The notes: a model not told the origin generated them from the sequence alone. A stretch of 64,000 nt of DNA from Phycisphaerae bacterium (GCA_050115495.1 JASFQK010000007.1:1-64000); one strand, 5' to 3'. Positions 19,115 through 29,928 are shown, counted from the stretch's first letter. Numbers and translations: made by a program.

Positions 19115-20839
19115 ATGGACACCGCAACGCACCCCGCCGCCGCACCGACCGCTCCGCTCGCCTACGCCGCCGATCCTCCCCGCACGCATTCCCGCCGGCG
19201 GACCGTCCTGCTGACCGCCGGCCTCGCCCTGGTCGCGTTGATCCTCCTGGGTGCCTGGAATGCGAACCGGCTGTTCGGCGGATGGCTGGGCAGCGACGAG
19301 GGGAACCCGACCGTCTATACCGTCAAAGAGGTGGACCTGAACATCACGCTCAAGGAAGACGGCGAGCTCAAGCCGAAGAACTCGGTCGACATCAAGTGCG
19401 AGCTCGAGGGCCAGAGCACCATCCTCACCGTCGTCGCCGAGAGCACCAAGGTCAGGAAGGGCGACCTGCTGGTCGAGCTGGCCTCCGACGCCATCAAGGA
19501 ACGGCTGGAGTCGGAGGAGATCGAGCTGCGCAAGATCGAGTCGTCCCTCGAAGCCGCCCAGCAGAACCTGTCCATCACGCAAAACGAGAACGCCAGCAAC
19601 ATCAAGAAGTGCGAAATCGACCTGGAGCTGGCCGAGCTCGAGCTGCGCCGCTACCTCGAAGGCGACTTCCAGAAGAGCCTCAAGGCCGCGCAGATCAACA
19701 TCAAACAGACCCAGATGGACATCGAGCGCAAGCAGGACGAGCTCGAGAAGAAGACCGAACTGAAGGAGAAGGGTTTCGTCACCCCGACACAGCTTGAACA
19801 GCTCGAATTCGAGCTCGAAAAGGCCGAGATGCAGCTCGAACAGAACGAGCTGCAGATGCGCATCCTGCTCGAATACGAGAAGCCCAAGAACGAGACGCAG
19901 AAGACCGCCGCCGTCGATCAGGCCACGCAGGAGCTCGCCCGCGAAAAGCAGCGGGCCGAATCCCGCGAACGTCAGGCCGTCGCCAAGGTCGCCGAGCAGC
20001 AGGCGCTGCTCGCCGTCCGCTCCAACCGCGTCCAGCGCCTCCGCGAGCAGTACGACAAGTGCAAGATTTACGCCCCTGTCGACGGCATGGTGCAGTATCC
20101 CAGTGAGGAGATGAGCTGGAACTTCGGTGGAAACCGCATCGCCCCCGGCGAAAAAGTCTACGAGGGCCAGACTCTCGTCGTCCTGCCCGACACCAACCAG
20201 ATGGTCGTCACCACGCGCATCCACGAGGCCGACCGGCACAAGGTCCACGAGGGGCTACCCTGCCTCGTCAAGGTCCCTGCTGTCCCCGGCCGCACGTTCA
20301 CCGGCCGCATCGCCCGCATCGCCCAGTTCGCCGACAGTGCTAACCGCTGGCTCAACCCCGAGCTCAAGGAGCACACGACCGAAGTCCTCCTCGATGAAAC
20401 CGGCGCCCCCGTCTCTCCCGGCGATTCCGCCGAAATCAAGATCCTCGTCGAGGAAGTCCACGGCGTCCTGGCGGTCCCCGTGCAGTGTGTCTTCGCCCGC
20501 GGCCCGAAGAACTACGTCTTCGTCCGCCGGGGCGGCAGCACCGAGTTCGCCGAGGTCGGCCTTGGCCGGGCCAGCACCACTATGGTCGAGATCACCAGCG
20601 GCCTCAGCGCCGGCGACGATGTCCTGCTGCACGCTGACGCCGACCTGCTGGCCATGCTGCCCAACCCGAGCACCATCCCCACCGAAACCTTCGAGCAGGT
20701 GACGGAGAACAACATCGAGGCGAAAGCAGAAGCCGCCCCGACAACTCAGGCGGTCGCCGAGAACCAGCCCAACGAGGAATCGGCCCCCACACCCGCCGCC
20801 ACGCAGCCGGCTACGACCCAGCCGGCCACCAGCGGCTAA
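19115..20839 (+). CDS. HlyD/MacA-type efflux membrane-fusion (periplasmic adaptor) protein with long coiled coil
   Basis: N-terminal TM; VRKGDLLVEL and IYAPVDGMV lipoyl halves; VLAVPVQCV, VEITSGL. Confidence 0.88.
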   Translation: MDTATHPAAAPTAPLAYAADPPRTHSRRRTVLLTAGLALVALILLGAWNANRLFGGWLGSDEGNPTVYTVKEVDLNITLKEDGELKPKNSVDIKCELEGQSTILTVVAESTKVRKGDLLVELASDAIKERLESEEIELRKIESSLEAAQQNLSITQNENASNIKKCEIDLELAELELRRYLEGDFQKSLKAAQINIKQTQMDIERKQDELEKKTELKEKGFVTPTQLEQLEFELEKAEMQLEQNELQMRILLEYEKPKNETQKTAAVDQATQELAREKQRAESRERQAVAKVAEQQALLAVRSNRVQRLREQYDKCKIYAPVDGMVQYPSEEMSWNFGGNRIAPGEKVYEGQTLVVLPDTNQMVVTTRIHEADRHKVHEGLPCLVKVPAVPGRTFTGRIARIAQFADSANRWLNPELKEHTTEVLLDETGAPVSPGDSAEIKILVEEVHGVLAVPVQCVFARGPKNYVFVRRGGSTEFAEVGLGRASTTMVEITSGLSAGDDVLLHADADLLAMLPNPSTIPTETFEQVTENNIEAKAEAAPTTQAVAENQPNEESAPTPAATQPATTQPATSG

Positions 20840-20866
20840 TCCCCCCGGATCTCGCCGAACGAACCC

Positions 20867-22156
20867 TTACTCGCCCGCCTGCCGGGCGTAGCACACGTCG
20901 CCCCCCACGAGCGTCATCACCGCCCGCCCGCGCACTTCCCACCCGTCGAACGGCGTGTTGCGGCCCTTCGAACGCATGGCCTCGGCGTCGACCGTCCACG
21001 TGCAATCCGGGTCGATGATCGTCACATCCGCCGGCTCGCCGATCCTCAGGCTGCCGCCCGGCACGTGCAGCAATTCCGCCGGCCTCGTCGACATCGCCGC
21101 CACCAGCGCCGGCCATTCGATGACGCCCGGCTCGATCAGCGCTTTGATGAACAGAGCCAGCGACGTCTCCAGCCCGATAATGCCGAAGGGCACTTCCTGG
21201 AACTCGTGCTCCTTGTCCTGCCGCCCATGCGGAGCGTGATCGCTGACGAGGCAGTCGATCGTCCCATCGGCCACGCCCGCCCGGCAGGCCTCCATGTCCG
21301 CCGGCGTCCGCAGCGGCGGGTTCATCTTGCAGTTCGGGTTGTACGTCGCGCAGGCCTCGTCCGTCAGCAGCAGGTGATGCGGGCAAACCTCGGTCGTCAC
21401 CCGCCGGCCGGCCCGCTTGGCCTGCCGTACCAGCTCCACCGTGCCCGCCGTCGAGACGTGGGCCACGTGGTAGCGCACGCTCGTCTGCGCGGCCAGCGTG
21501 ATGTCCCGCTGCGCCATGACCTCCTCGGCGATCGCCGGCATCCCCGGCAACCCCAGCCGCGTGGCCAGCGGCCCCGCGTTCATGCACCCGCCCCGCGTCA
21601 GCGTCTTCTCTTCACAATGCTGGATGAACAGCCGGTCGAACATGCTCACATACTGCATGGCCCGCAGGCACACGGCACCGTCACTGATCCCGTCGCCGTC
21701 GTCACTGAAGGCCACCGCCCCCGCCCGGATCATCAATCCGACCTCGGCCAACTCCGCCCCGCCCCGCTGCCGCGTAATCGCTCCGATCGGATACACCCGG
21801 CTGTGTGCGCTGCGCGCCGCTTGCCGCAGCACGAACTCGATCTCCGCGTCCGAGTCCAGCGGCGGATCCGTGTTCGGCATGCAGGCCACGGCTGAGAACC
21901 CTCCGGCCACCGCCGCCGCGGTACCGGTCTCGATCGTCTCCTTCTCCTCGCCGCCCGGCTCGCGCAGGTGCACGTGCATGTCGATCAGCCCGGGCGTCAC
22001 GATCAGCCCTCCCGCCTCAATCACCTCGTCGGCCGCCGGCACGCTGCGACCCACCGCGGCAACCCGCCCGTCGGCGATCACCACGTTCGTGACTTCGTCG
22101 ATTTCCTGGGACGGGTCAACCACCCGTCCACCACGGATCAAAATGCTCTTGCTCAT
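20867..22156 (-). CDS. pyrC: Dihydroorotase (type I)
   Basis: PGLIDMHVHLREPG, MPNT, EVCPHH, KMNPPLR, SDHAPH, NTPF. Confidence 0.93.
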   Translation of the reverse strand: MSKSILIRGGRVVDPSQEIDEVTNVVIADGRVAAVGRSVPAADEVIEAGGLIVTPGLIDMHVHLREPGGEEKETIETGTAAAVAGGFSAVACMPNTDPPLDSDAEIEFVLRQAARSAHSRVYPIGAITRQRGGAELAEVGLMIRAGAVAFSDDGDGISDGAVCLRAMQYVSMFDRLFIQHCEEKTLTRGGCMNAGPLATRLGLPGMPAIAEEVMAQRDITLAAQTSVRYHVAHVSTAGTVELVRQAKRAGRRVTTEVCPHHLLLTDEACATYNPNCKMNPPLRTPADMEACRAGVADGTIDCLVSDHAPHGRQDKEHEFQEVPFGIIGLETSLALFIKALIEPGVIEWPALVAAMSTRPAELLHVPGGSLRIGEPADVTIIDPDCTWTVDAEAMRSKGRNTPFDGWEVRGRAVMTLVGGDVCYARQAGE

Positions 22157-22280
22157 TACCGGGGTCCTGCGCCGAACCGTGCCGCGTCCTCGTCGACCGG
22201 GCGTGGGCCCGGTCCCAACCGTCGACGCTATCATACTGTGCCGGCCGGCCGCGCACAGACCCGGCCCACGGAGAACGCCC

Positions 22281-23189
22281 GTGACCACGTCCGCCGCGCT
22301 CCTGCAACGGTTCCTCGCCGACGACCCCGTCATTCTGGACGGAGCCACCGGCACCGAGCTCGAACGCCGCGGCTTCGTCACGCGACTGCCGCTGTGGTCC
22401 GCGGCGGCGCTGACCGACGCCCCCGACCTGGTCGAGACCATCCATCGCGAGTACGTCGCTGCCGGCGCCCGCCTGCTCGTCGCCAACACGTTCCGCACGA
22501 ACGTCCGGACACTTCGCGCCGCCGGCCGACTCGACGACGGCCCCGCCCTCAACCATCAGGCGGTGGAGCTGGCCCGCCGCGCGGCCGCCACAGCCGACGA
22601 TGTCCTCGTCGCCGCCAGTGTCGCCCCCGTGGAGGACTGCTATCACCCGGAGCGGACGCCGGGCGCGGACACGCTCCGGGCAGAACACGAGCAGATGATG
22701 ACCTGGTTGCGGGCGGCTGCCCCGGATCTCGTCTGGATCGAGACGATGGGCACGATCCGCGAGGCCCGCATCGCCGCTGCCGCCGCCGCTGAGGCCGGCC
22801 TGCCGCTGGCCGTCTCCTTCATCACGCGGGCAGATGGCACTCTTCTCGGCGGCGAGCCCCTCGCCGACGCCGTCGACGCCGTCGAGCCCTGTGATCCCGT
22901 CGCCATCGGGTTGAATTGCGTGCCCCCTACCGGGCTGACCGCCAACCTCGCCCGCCTCCGCCCGCTGACCAGCCGCCCCCTCGCCACCTACGCCCACATC
23001 AACAATCCCGTGCCCACGCCCGGCTGGACGTTCGCCGAGTTCGCCTCGCCCGACGAGTACGCCCGCCACGCCCGCGACTGGCGGGCCCTCGGCGCCCGGC
23101 TCATCGGCGGCTGCTGCGGCACGACTCCCGCCCACATCGCCGCCCTCCGCCAGGTCGCCACTGATCCCGCCGACGAAGCCGCGATTTGA
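22281..23189 (+). CDS. Homocysteine S-methyltransferase family protein
   Basis: ILDGATGTEL, GLNC, IGGCCGTTPAHI; GTG start after GGAGA. Confidence 0.9.
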   Translation: MTTSAALLQRFLADDPVILDGATGTELERRGFVTRLPLWSAAALTDAPDLVETIHREYVAAGARLLVANTFRTNVRTLRAAGRLDDGPALNHQAVELARRAAATADDVLVAASVAPVEDCYHPERTPGADTLRAEHEQMMTWLRAAAPDLVWIETMGTIREARIAAAAAAEAGLPLAVSFITRADGTLLGGEPLADAVDAVEPCDPVAIGLNCVPPTGLTANLARLRPLTSRPLATYAHINNPVPTPGWTFAEFASPDEYARHARDWRALGARLIGGCCGTTPAHIAALRQVATDPADEAAI

Positions 23190-23244
23190 ATTCCGCGCCC
23201 AATCTTCGGTGGAGCGTCCCCGCCGCCCGTGGTATCACCGAGAC

Positions 23245-24303
23245 ATGCGTGATCTCCCCGACGAACGCGCGATGTACCGGGCGGTCCTCCGCCGCGACGC
23301 CAGCTACGACGGCGTCTTCTTCGTCGCCGTGCGCACGACGGGCGTCTTCTGCCGGCCGACCTGCCCGGCCCGCAAGCCCCTTCGGGAGAACACCGTCTTC
23401 TTCGTCTCACCCACGGACGCCTTGCAGGCCGGATTCCGCCCCTGTCGGCGATGCCGGCCGCTGGCCATGCATAGCCGCCCGCCGGCCTGGGTCCATCAAC
23501 TCATGGCGCGGCTCGACGCCGAACCCGGGCGGCGTCTCAGCGACGCCGACCTGCGTGCCGCCGGCATCGACGCCACGCGCGTCCGCCGCCATTTCCAGGA
23601 GCACTACGGCATGACCTTCCATCACTACCAGCGAACCCGCCGACTCGGCCGCGCTCTGGCCGACTTGCGCCAGGGCGACGACATCACCGCCGTCGGACTT
23701 CGCCACGGCTTCCAGTCCACCAGCGGCTTCCGCGACGCCTTCCAGCGCGTTTTCGGCCAACCGCCCGGCGGCGGTCGCGATCTGCCTTGCCTGCTCGCCT
23801 GTTGGGTGGACTCACCGCTCGGCCCGATGTTCGCCGCGGCCGACGACGACGGCCTCTGCCTGCTCGAGTACATCGACCGCCGCAACTTCGACGGCCAACT
23901 GGTCACGCTGTGCCGCCGATTCAAGACCAACATCGTCCCCGGCAACAACGAGCACCTCGAACGGATCATGCACGAGATGGAGCAGTACTTCGCCGGCACG
24001 CTCACGGAGTTCACCGTGCCCGTTGTGCTCCGCGGCACGCCCTTCGAGCTCAACGTCTGGCGGCGGCTCCAGCAGATCCCCTACGGCACCACACTCTCCT
24101 ACGCCCAACTGGCCATCGACATCGGCCGCCCGGGAGCCCAGCGCGCCGTCGGCCGCGCCAACGGTGTCAACCGCCTGGCGATCATCATCCCCTGCCACCG
24201 CGTCGTGCGGGCCGACGGCACGCTCTGCGGCTACGGCGGCGGCGTCTGGCGCAAGCAGCGCCTGCTCGACCTCGAACGCGAGGTCGCCGCCGGCGGATCC
24301 TGA
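23245..24303 (+). CDS. ada: Bifunctional Ada transcriptional activator / O6-methylguanine-DNA methyltransferase
   Basis: TTGVFCRPTC...PCRRC Zn site, AraC-type HTH, IIPCHRVV active site. Confidence 0.93.
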   Translation: MRDLPDERAMYRAVLRRDASYDGVFFVAVRTTGVFCRPTCPARKPLRENTVFFVSPTDALQAGFRPCRRCRPLAMHSRPPAWVHQLMARLDAEPGRRLSDADLRAAGIDATRVRRHFQEHYGMTFHHYQRTRRLGRALADLRQGDDITAVGLRHGFQSTSGFRDAFQRVFGQPPGGGRDLPCLLACWVDSPLGPMFAAADDDGLCLLEYIDRRNFDGQLVTLCRRFKTNIVPGNNEHLERIMHEMEQYFAGTLTEFTVPVVLRGTPFELNVWRRLQQIPYGTTLSYAQLAIDIGRPGAQRAVGRANGVNRLAIIIPCHRVVRADGTLCGYGGGVWRKQRLLDLEREVAAGGS

Positions 24304-24442
24304 GCCAATGCGTTGAACCCCATCCACGCGTCCGGTAACATGCCCCCGAAGGCGATGTCGAACTCGGCAACGGGCGCCCTCACCCGCCGCTGGGACCGCC
24401 GCCGGCGGGAGGTGGGGGGCGCTGGGGCCCGCGTGTGAAGCC

Positions 24443-25312
24443 ATGAACGACGCCCTGCTCGAAATCCGCGACCAACCCTATCTGACCGACGGCCGCATGA
24501 TCCTGGCTTTCACCGGTTGGATGGACGGCGGCAACGTCTCGACCGGCACCGTCGAATGGCTCGTGCGCGCCCTCGACGTTCGCCGGACCGGGGCCATCCT
24601 GCCCAGCAACTTCTATCTCTACAACTTCCCCGGCTCGATGGAAGTGGCTGCCCTCGTTCGCCCACACGCGCGCATCGAGCAGGGCATGGTCCAGAGCTAC
24701 ACCATGCCCGAAAACACGTTCTATTGCTCTGCCGAGCAGCGCCTGGTGCTCTTTCACGGCCGCGAGCCGAACTTGCACTGGGACGAGTTCGCCGAGTGCA
24801 TCTTCACCTACGCCGCCCAGGCCGGCGTCTCCACGCTCTATTTCGTCGGCAGTTTCGGCGGTACGGTACCGCATACGCGCGAGCCGCGCCTCTGGTCGGC
24901 CGTCTCCGACGCCGGCATCCGCGACACGCTCGAGTCCGCCGGTCTCGGCTTCACCGACTACGAGGGCCCGGCCAGCTTCTCGACGCACCTGCTGGCGCAC
25001 GCCGGTGACCACGGTCTGCGCATGGCCACGCTCGTCGCCGAGATTCCGCCGTACATCCACGGCCCCAACCCGCTGTGCATCGAGGCCGTCGTCCGCAAGC
25101 TCGCCGGCCTACTCGCTCTGCCCGTCAACCTCGACGACATGCGCCTGCTCCGCACGGCGTGGGAAGAGCGCCTCAACGAGATTCTGACCGAACGCACCGA
25201 CCTCGCCGAACACATCCAGAAACTGGAAGAAGACTACGACAACCAGGTCTTCGATACGCAGATGGGCGATCTCAAGCAGTGGCTCGAACAGCGCGGCATC
25301 CGCGTGGACTGA
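24443..25312 (+). CDS. PAC2 family (proteasome assembly chaperone-like) protein
   Basis: AFTGWMDGG, GREPNLHW, VPHTR, YEGP, IPPY, LEEDYD pattern typical of PAC2. Confidence 0.8.
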   Translation: MNDALLEIRDQPYLTDGRMILAFTGWMDGGNVSTGTVEWLVRALDVRRTGAILPSNFYLYNFPGSMEVAALVRPHARIEQGMVQSYTMPENTFYCSAEQRLVLFHGREPNLHWDEFAECIFTYAAQAGVSTLYFVGSFGGTVPHTREPRLWSAVSDAGIRDTLESAGLGFTDYEGPASFSTHLLAHAGDHGLRMATLVAEIPPYIHGPNPLCIEAVVRKLAGLLALPVNLDDMRLLRTAWEERLNEILTERTDLAEHIQKLEEDYDNQVFDTQMGDLKQWLEQRGIRVD

Positions 25313-25767
25313 GCAGGGGACAGCGCCGCATCTTCCTCAGCATACCTGTCTTGCGACGAGTACCCATGCGATGACAAGATCCATGTTGCAGACTATTGAT
25401 GTACACTCGGAACCCCTCCCGGTTCTTCTCGCCGTTCATGTTCTGTAGCCTGTGGCAGGAATTGTAGAGCATTTGCCCTAACCACAACTGCTCGGTATCT
25501 GCTATACTTACTTGTCGTCCGCCGCGAGCGGCGCACTTGGCCCTGACTGCGCGACCGTGGGGCGCGCGGCACCACGTCCCATCGGCAGTTTGAATCAGTA
25601 TCCGCGCTTTGCACTCGGCAATCTGCCGACGTGATTTGGCGCGCGCCATTGTACGCGCTGGCTGCGCGGCGCGACGGGCTCCGAAAAGAAGGCCGCAAGT
25701 GTCTGCGGCCTGATAGTCATGCGCCAGCGTCTCACGCCTCGGCGCCCATGAGAAGGGAGGTCCCACC

Positions 25768-28032
25768 GTGTATCGCGAATGCGGAAATCTCGCAGTTGTC
25801 TTGCTGGTCGCCCTGACTTCGGCGGCCGCAATCGCCGACCCGCCAACCGCCGCGCCACCCGCCAATGCCGCCGGCATCGCCATCCAACGCGCCGCCGCGT
25901 CCGACACCGCCGTAAGCGGTACCGTACCGGCGGCCGACCGCGACTGCTGGGGCTACGCCACGTACCTCAACTTCGCGGACCGGGGCTGGCCCGGTGGTTG
26001 GTACGTCGCCAACACCACTGGCTCCGGTCTCGACATCGCCGACGATGTCCGGGTCACTAAGCCAGGTGGCGCGACAATCCACTGCGTGTCACTCTGGAGC
26101 TACTGCACCACCGGCAGTGCTCCACCGTACGACCTCACAATCGAGTTCTGGGACGCCTGCCCACTTGCCGACGGGGCGCACCTGCTGTGGACGCACACTT
26201 GGCCCAACAACCAGCCCCGGGGCTGGCTCAAGCTGGAGACGACGATGAACGTCGTCGTTCCGGAGACGTTCTGGTGCCGGTATCTCACAGATACGCCCGA
26301 GTCCGGCGTCCAGCTCGCTTTCGAACCGGAACTGGGACACACCGGCAACTTCGTAGGGCTTCCCGCAGACCCGCCGGAGAACTACACGTGTGGTGTGCCG
26401 CTGTGCATCCACCTCTATGACGGTCTCAGCCTTCACTTGTACACTAACGAGGAGCCGCTCGGCGCCTGCTGCTTTGATACGATGGAGCCGCCGCAGTGCG
26501 TTGATGGTTGGGATGAGATCTCATGCCTTGAGCTCGGCGGCTCACGCTGGTTTCCCTACGGCAGGTGCGAAGACTTCTTCCCGCCCTGCGGCCAAGCCGG
26601 TGCCTGCTGCCATCCGGACTACACGTGCGTTATCGTCGGTTCGGATGATTGCGTTGCTCCGAGTGTGTGGCTGGGCGGGGGGGTCGCTTGCGACGAGTGC
26701 CCGCCCTGTGTCGTGGAGTACCCGGCCGGTGGCCAACAAGAAAGTGAACTGTGCGGCACGTCAGCAAACAACGGCTGTGGCGCGACTCCGGAGGCATTCG
26801 AGGACGCTGCCTGCGGCGCGATCATTTGCGGCACTTGCTGGGCCGACGGCGGTGGGCGCGACGAAGACTGGTGGAAGATCGTCTTGGCCGAGCGCAAGAG
26901 CGTCACGTTGACCGTCGAGGCCGAATTCCCGCTGTTCATAGGTTTCTGCTGCTTTGACCCAGAAGGTTCGGCAAACTGCGACGACTTTACGGGCTACATC
27001 GGTCCATATGTAACAACCGACGAAATCTGCGCGTACCACACCGTTACCAAGACCTGCGACGCGGGGACGTATTATTTGCGCATCGCGCCATGGATTACAG
27101 ACGGCATGCCCTGCGGCACTGGGCCCGGACCAGACGGTGAATGGACCTATACGGCCGTCATCGCGTGCGATACGCCACCGCTGCCGCCCTGCGCGCCAGA
27201 CCCGCTCTACGTCAACCAGCCCGACCTCACGTCGTTTGCCTCCGGGTTGCCCTCGCAAGACTATCTGGACGGCAACCACTCGGCCGCGGCTGACGACTTC
27301 GTAATCTCAGGTCGTGCTCTTACCAGCACGGGGACCGTCCACTGGGCCGGCTTCTGCAGAACGGACGCTTACTTCCCTGTCGGCTGGGAGATTCACTTCT
27401 ACGACGATGACGGCACGGGCAGTAGGCCCACCGGCAACGGCATGGATGACCCGCGCTCAACCGCCATCTACAGCTACGTGTTTGCCGATGGCGAGGTGGC
27501 CACTACGCAACTGTATCCCGGGAACTACTGGTACGAGGCCGATCTTCCGCTTCCCGCAGTACTGCAGACTGGGACGAAGTACTGGGTCTCGATCATGGCC
27601 GACATGGCGCGAGAATCCCCATATGTGGACGTACCGCCTTCCGTGTATCCTCCTCCCCCGCTACCTTATCCAGAACCGGTGTGGCACTGGGCGAATCACG
27701 GGACGGCGTACGGCGCCGCAGCCGTGCGCGGCGTGAGCGGGTCCACAACGTGGCCCTACTGGACACCACGATCTTCTACGAGCATGTTCTTCTGCCTCAT
27801 GCCGTACATCCCGCCACCCTGCCCGGCGGGCATGACCGGCGATGTGAACGGCGACGGCACAGTGGACAACTTCGACATCAACGCGTGTGTCTACGCCCTT
27901 TCGCACACGGCGGGCGAGTTCGCATGGGCCTACCCAACCGGATATTACCTGTGCGCCGACTGCAACTTCGACGGCGTCGTGGATAACTTCGACATTGCTC
28001 CTTTCGTCGGTCTCCTCACCGGCGGCAAGTAA
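25768..28032 (+). CDS. Secreted Cys-rich multidomain protein with C-terminal dockerin-like domain
   Basis: RBS GGGAGG plus GTG; signal peptide; two GACC repeats; DEDWW pre-peptidase-like segment; AADDF domain; GDVNGDGTVDNFD...DCNFDGVVDNFD. Confidence 0.8.
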   Translation: MYRECGNLAVVLLVALTSAAAIADPPTAAPPANAAGIAIQRAAASDTAVSGTVPAADRDCWGYATYLNFADRGWPGGWYVANTTGSGLDIADDVRVTKPGGATIHCVSLWSYCTTGSAPPYDLTIEFWDACPLADGAHLLWTHTWPNNQPRGWLKLETTMNVVVPETFWCRYLTDTPESGVQLAFEPELGHTGNFVGLPADPPENYTCGVPLCIHLYDGLSLHLYTNEEPLGACCFDTMEPPQCVDGWDEISCLELGGSRWFPYGRCEDFFPPCGQAGACCHPDYTCVIVGSDDCVAPSVWLGGGVACDECPPCVVEYPAGGQQESELCGTSANNGCGATPEAFEDAACGAIICGTCWADGGGRDEDWWKIVLAERKSVTLTVEAEFPLFIGFCCFDPEGSANCDDFTGYIGPYVTTDEICAYHTVTKTCDAGTYYLRIAPWITDGMPCGTGPGPDGEWTYTAVIACDTPPLPPCAPDPLYVNQPDLTSFASGLPSQDYLDGNHSAAADDFVISGRALTSTGTVHWAGFCRTDAYFPVGWEIHFYDDDGTGSRPTGNGMDDPRSTAIYSYVFADGEVATTQLYPGNYWYEADLPLPAVLQTGTKYWVSIMADMARESPYVDVPPSVYPPPPLPYPEPVWHWANHGTAYGAAAVRGVSGSTTWPYWTPRSSTSMFFCLMPYIPPPCPAGMTGDVNGDGTVDNFDINACVYALSHTAGEFAWAYPTGYYLCADCNFDGVVDNFDIAPFVGLLTGGK

Positions 28033-28172
28033 CCGCCACGGGCCGCAACGCCGACACACAGCGGAAGGAGGTCGAGCCGCAATCGGCCCGGCCTCCTCCC
28101 GTCGTCTGAACCAAGCTGCACGATGCCTGCCGCAGCGAGCCGACGCCACCTGACTCGCGGACAGCCAGCCGT

Positions 28173-28748
28173 CTACCTGACCCGCTCGCCCTTCCCCGTC
28201 ATCTCAATCGTCTTCATGAGGCCCTGGTACTCCGCGAACTCCCATTCCATGTGGTTCGCATCCGGGAAGTGCATCGAGCCCTTGCTTGTAGACTTGCCCC
28301 ACGCCCCAAACGACGTCCCCTTCATGTGCCACGTGCTCGTCTCCTCGTCGTAGCGAGCCTCGCCGACGCCGAATGAGCCCATGGTGTCCACCCAGGTCGA
28401 CCGGAACTTCTTCGCCTGGAGATCGTACGTCCACATCTCCATGCCCTTCGACTCGCCGAAGGGCTCCATCGTGAACGTGCCGTTCCCGACGAGGTACCAC
28501 CGATCGCCCTCCCACTTGTACTCGCTGTGCCCCGTCATCGTCAGTGAGTCGCGATCGGCGAGCATGTCCATCTTCGCCTCGCCGGTGAAATCCCAGTTCC
28601 CAACGAACATGTCCAGCAGGTCCAGCTCCGCCGGTCGCTGCGGCATGTGGGCTTTCATCTCCTCGACGGTCATCTTCGGCATGCAACCCGTCAGGCTGAG
28701 GGCTGCGGCGGCAATGACGATAGTACAGATCGTGGCTGCTCTCGACAT
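28173..28748 (-). CDS. Lipoprotein, DUF1579-like beta-barrel
   Basis: Lipobox LTGC; LDMFVGNW, TYD...STWVDTMG. Confidence 0.7.
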   Translation of the reverse strand: MSRAATICTIVIAAAALSLTGCMPKMTVEEMKAHMPQRPAELDLLDMFVGNWDFTGEAKMDMLADRDSLTMTGHSEYKWEGDRWYLVGNGTFTMEPFGESKGMEMWTYDLQAKKFRSTWVDTMGSFGVGEARYDEETSTWHMKGTSFGAWGKSTSKGSMHFPDANHMEWEFAEYQGLMKTIEMTGKGERVR

Positions 28749-28872
28749 GATGGTCTCCTATCTGAGAATTGACGCTCAACCGCGTGCGCAGCGTACCGCA
28801 CCGCGGCCAGCGCGGCAATCACTGCCGGGCCGACCTGGCGACGGCGACGGAAGGCACCGTCCCTCGCTCCAA

Positions 28873-29928
28873 CTACACGCTGCTGCCCCGCCCCAATTCG
28901 TGCCCCACCTCATACATCGCCACCACATTCTCCGGCGGGCTCACCACCTGGATGTTGTGGCACGGCGCCAGGATGTAGCCCCGCCCGCCGCTCAGCAGCT
29001 CGATATTCTCCGCCACCTCGCGCCGCACATCTTCGACACTGCCGAACGCCAGCGTCTGCTGGTTGTCCATGCCGCCGTGAAACACGATGCGCTCGCCGAA
29101 ATCCCGCCGCAGCGCCGCTCGGTCCATCCCGCGGCAACGCCACTGAATCGGGTTCAGCACATCCGCCCCCATCTCCAGCAGATCCGGGATGATCGGCCCA
29201 ATTGCCCCATCGCTGTGCGTAAACACGAACGCCCCCGCCGAATGCACCAGCCCCGCCATCCGCTTCATCCGCGGGATGAACACCTCGCGGATCACCCGCG
29301 GGCTGAACAGCAGCCCCTCCTGCGACCCGAAGTCCTCGGCGACGTAGCTGAACACGACCTGCCCCCGCAACTGCTCGTACAGCCGCGACGTGTGCTCATA
29401 GTCGATCGCCACAATCCGATCGAGGCAATGCTCAACCAGTTCGCGATTGACCAGCAGATCCTTGCACGCCCGCTCCAGCCCGCGCAGTTGTGTATACAGC
29501 AGGAACGGCTCCGACCCGCCGGCCTGCACCGGATACTCCTCGTGGCCGGCGACCTGCGCTCGCACCGCCGAGTAGTCCAGCTCATCCAGCCGCGGCCACC
29601 GGTAATGCGCCTCCACCTCCGCGACGGTATCAAAATCCGCCAAAGGGTGCTCGACGCATTCGAGATACGTGCCGCCGCCGTAAGACACCCGCCGCAACGT
29701 GTACCCCCAGTGTGGATCCCGTCCCTCTCGTCCCGACCCGCCCCATCCCGGCGGATTCACGCTCAGCACGCGGTCGATGTGCAGTCGCCGATACATCGCC
29801 CACACATCGGCACAACCCAGGTGGCGCAACAATTGCGCCGTCGCCTCCCCCGTCGCCCAGTAGTCCATGGGCAACCGATCCGGCCGCTCGCCGCGCAGCA
29901 CGGCCAGCCACCGTTCTCGCGGCGTCAC
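28873..29928 (-). CDS. Uroporphyrinogen decarboxylase / MtaA-CmuA family protein
   Basis: TPRER...PDRLP, EDFGSQ, HSDG, LNPIQ, GGMD, ILAPCHNIQ; GTG overlaps the upstream stop (GTGA). Confidence 0.87.
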   Translation of the reverse strand: MTPRERWLAVLRGERPDRLPMDYWATGEATAQLLRHLGCADVWAMYRRLHIDRVLSVNPPGWGGSGREGRDPHWGYTLRRVSYGGGTYLECVEHPLADFDTVAEVEAHYRWPRLDELDYSAVRAQVAGHEEYPVQAGGSEPFLLYTQLRGLERACKDLLVNRELVEHCLDRIVAIDYEHTSRLYEQLRGQVVFSYVAEDFGSQEGLLFSPRVIREVFIPRMKRMAGLVHSAGAFVFTHSDGAIGPIIPDLLEMGADVLNPIQWRCRGMDRAALRRDFGERIVFHGGMDNQQTLAFGSVEDVRREVAENIELLSGGRGYILAPCHNIQVVSPPENVVAMYEVGHELGRGSSV

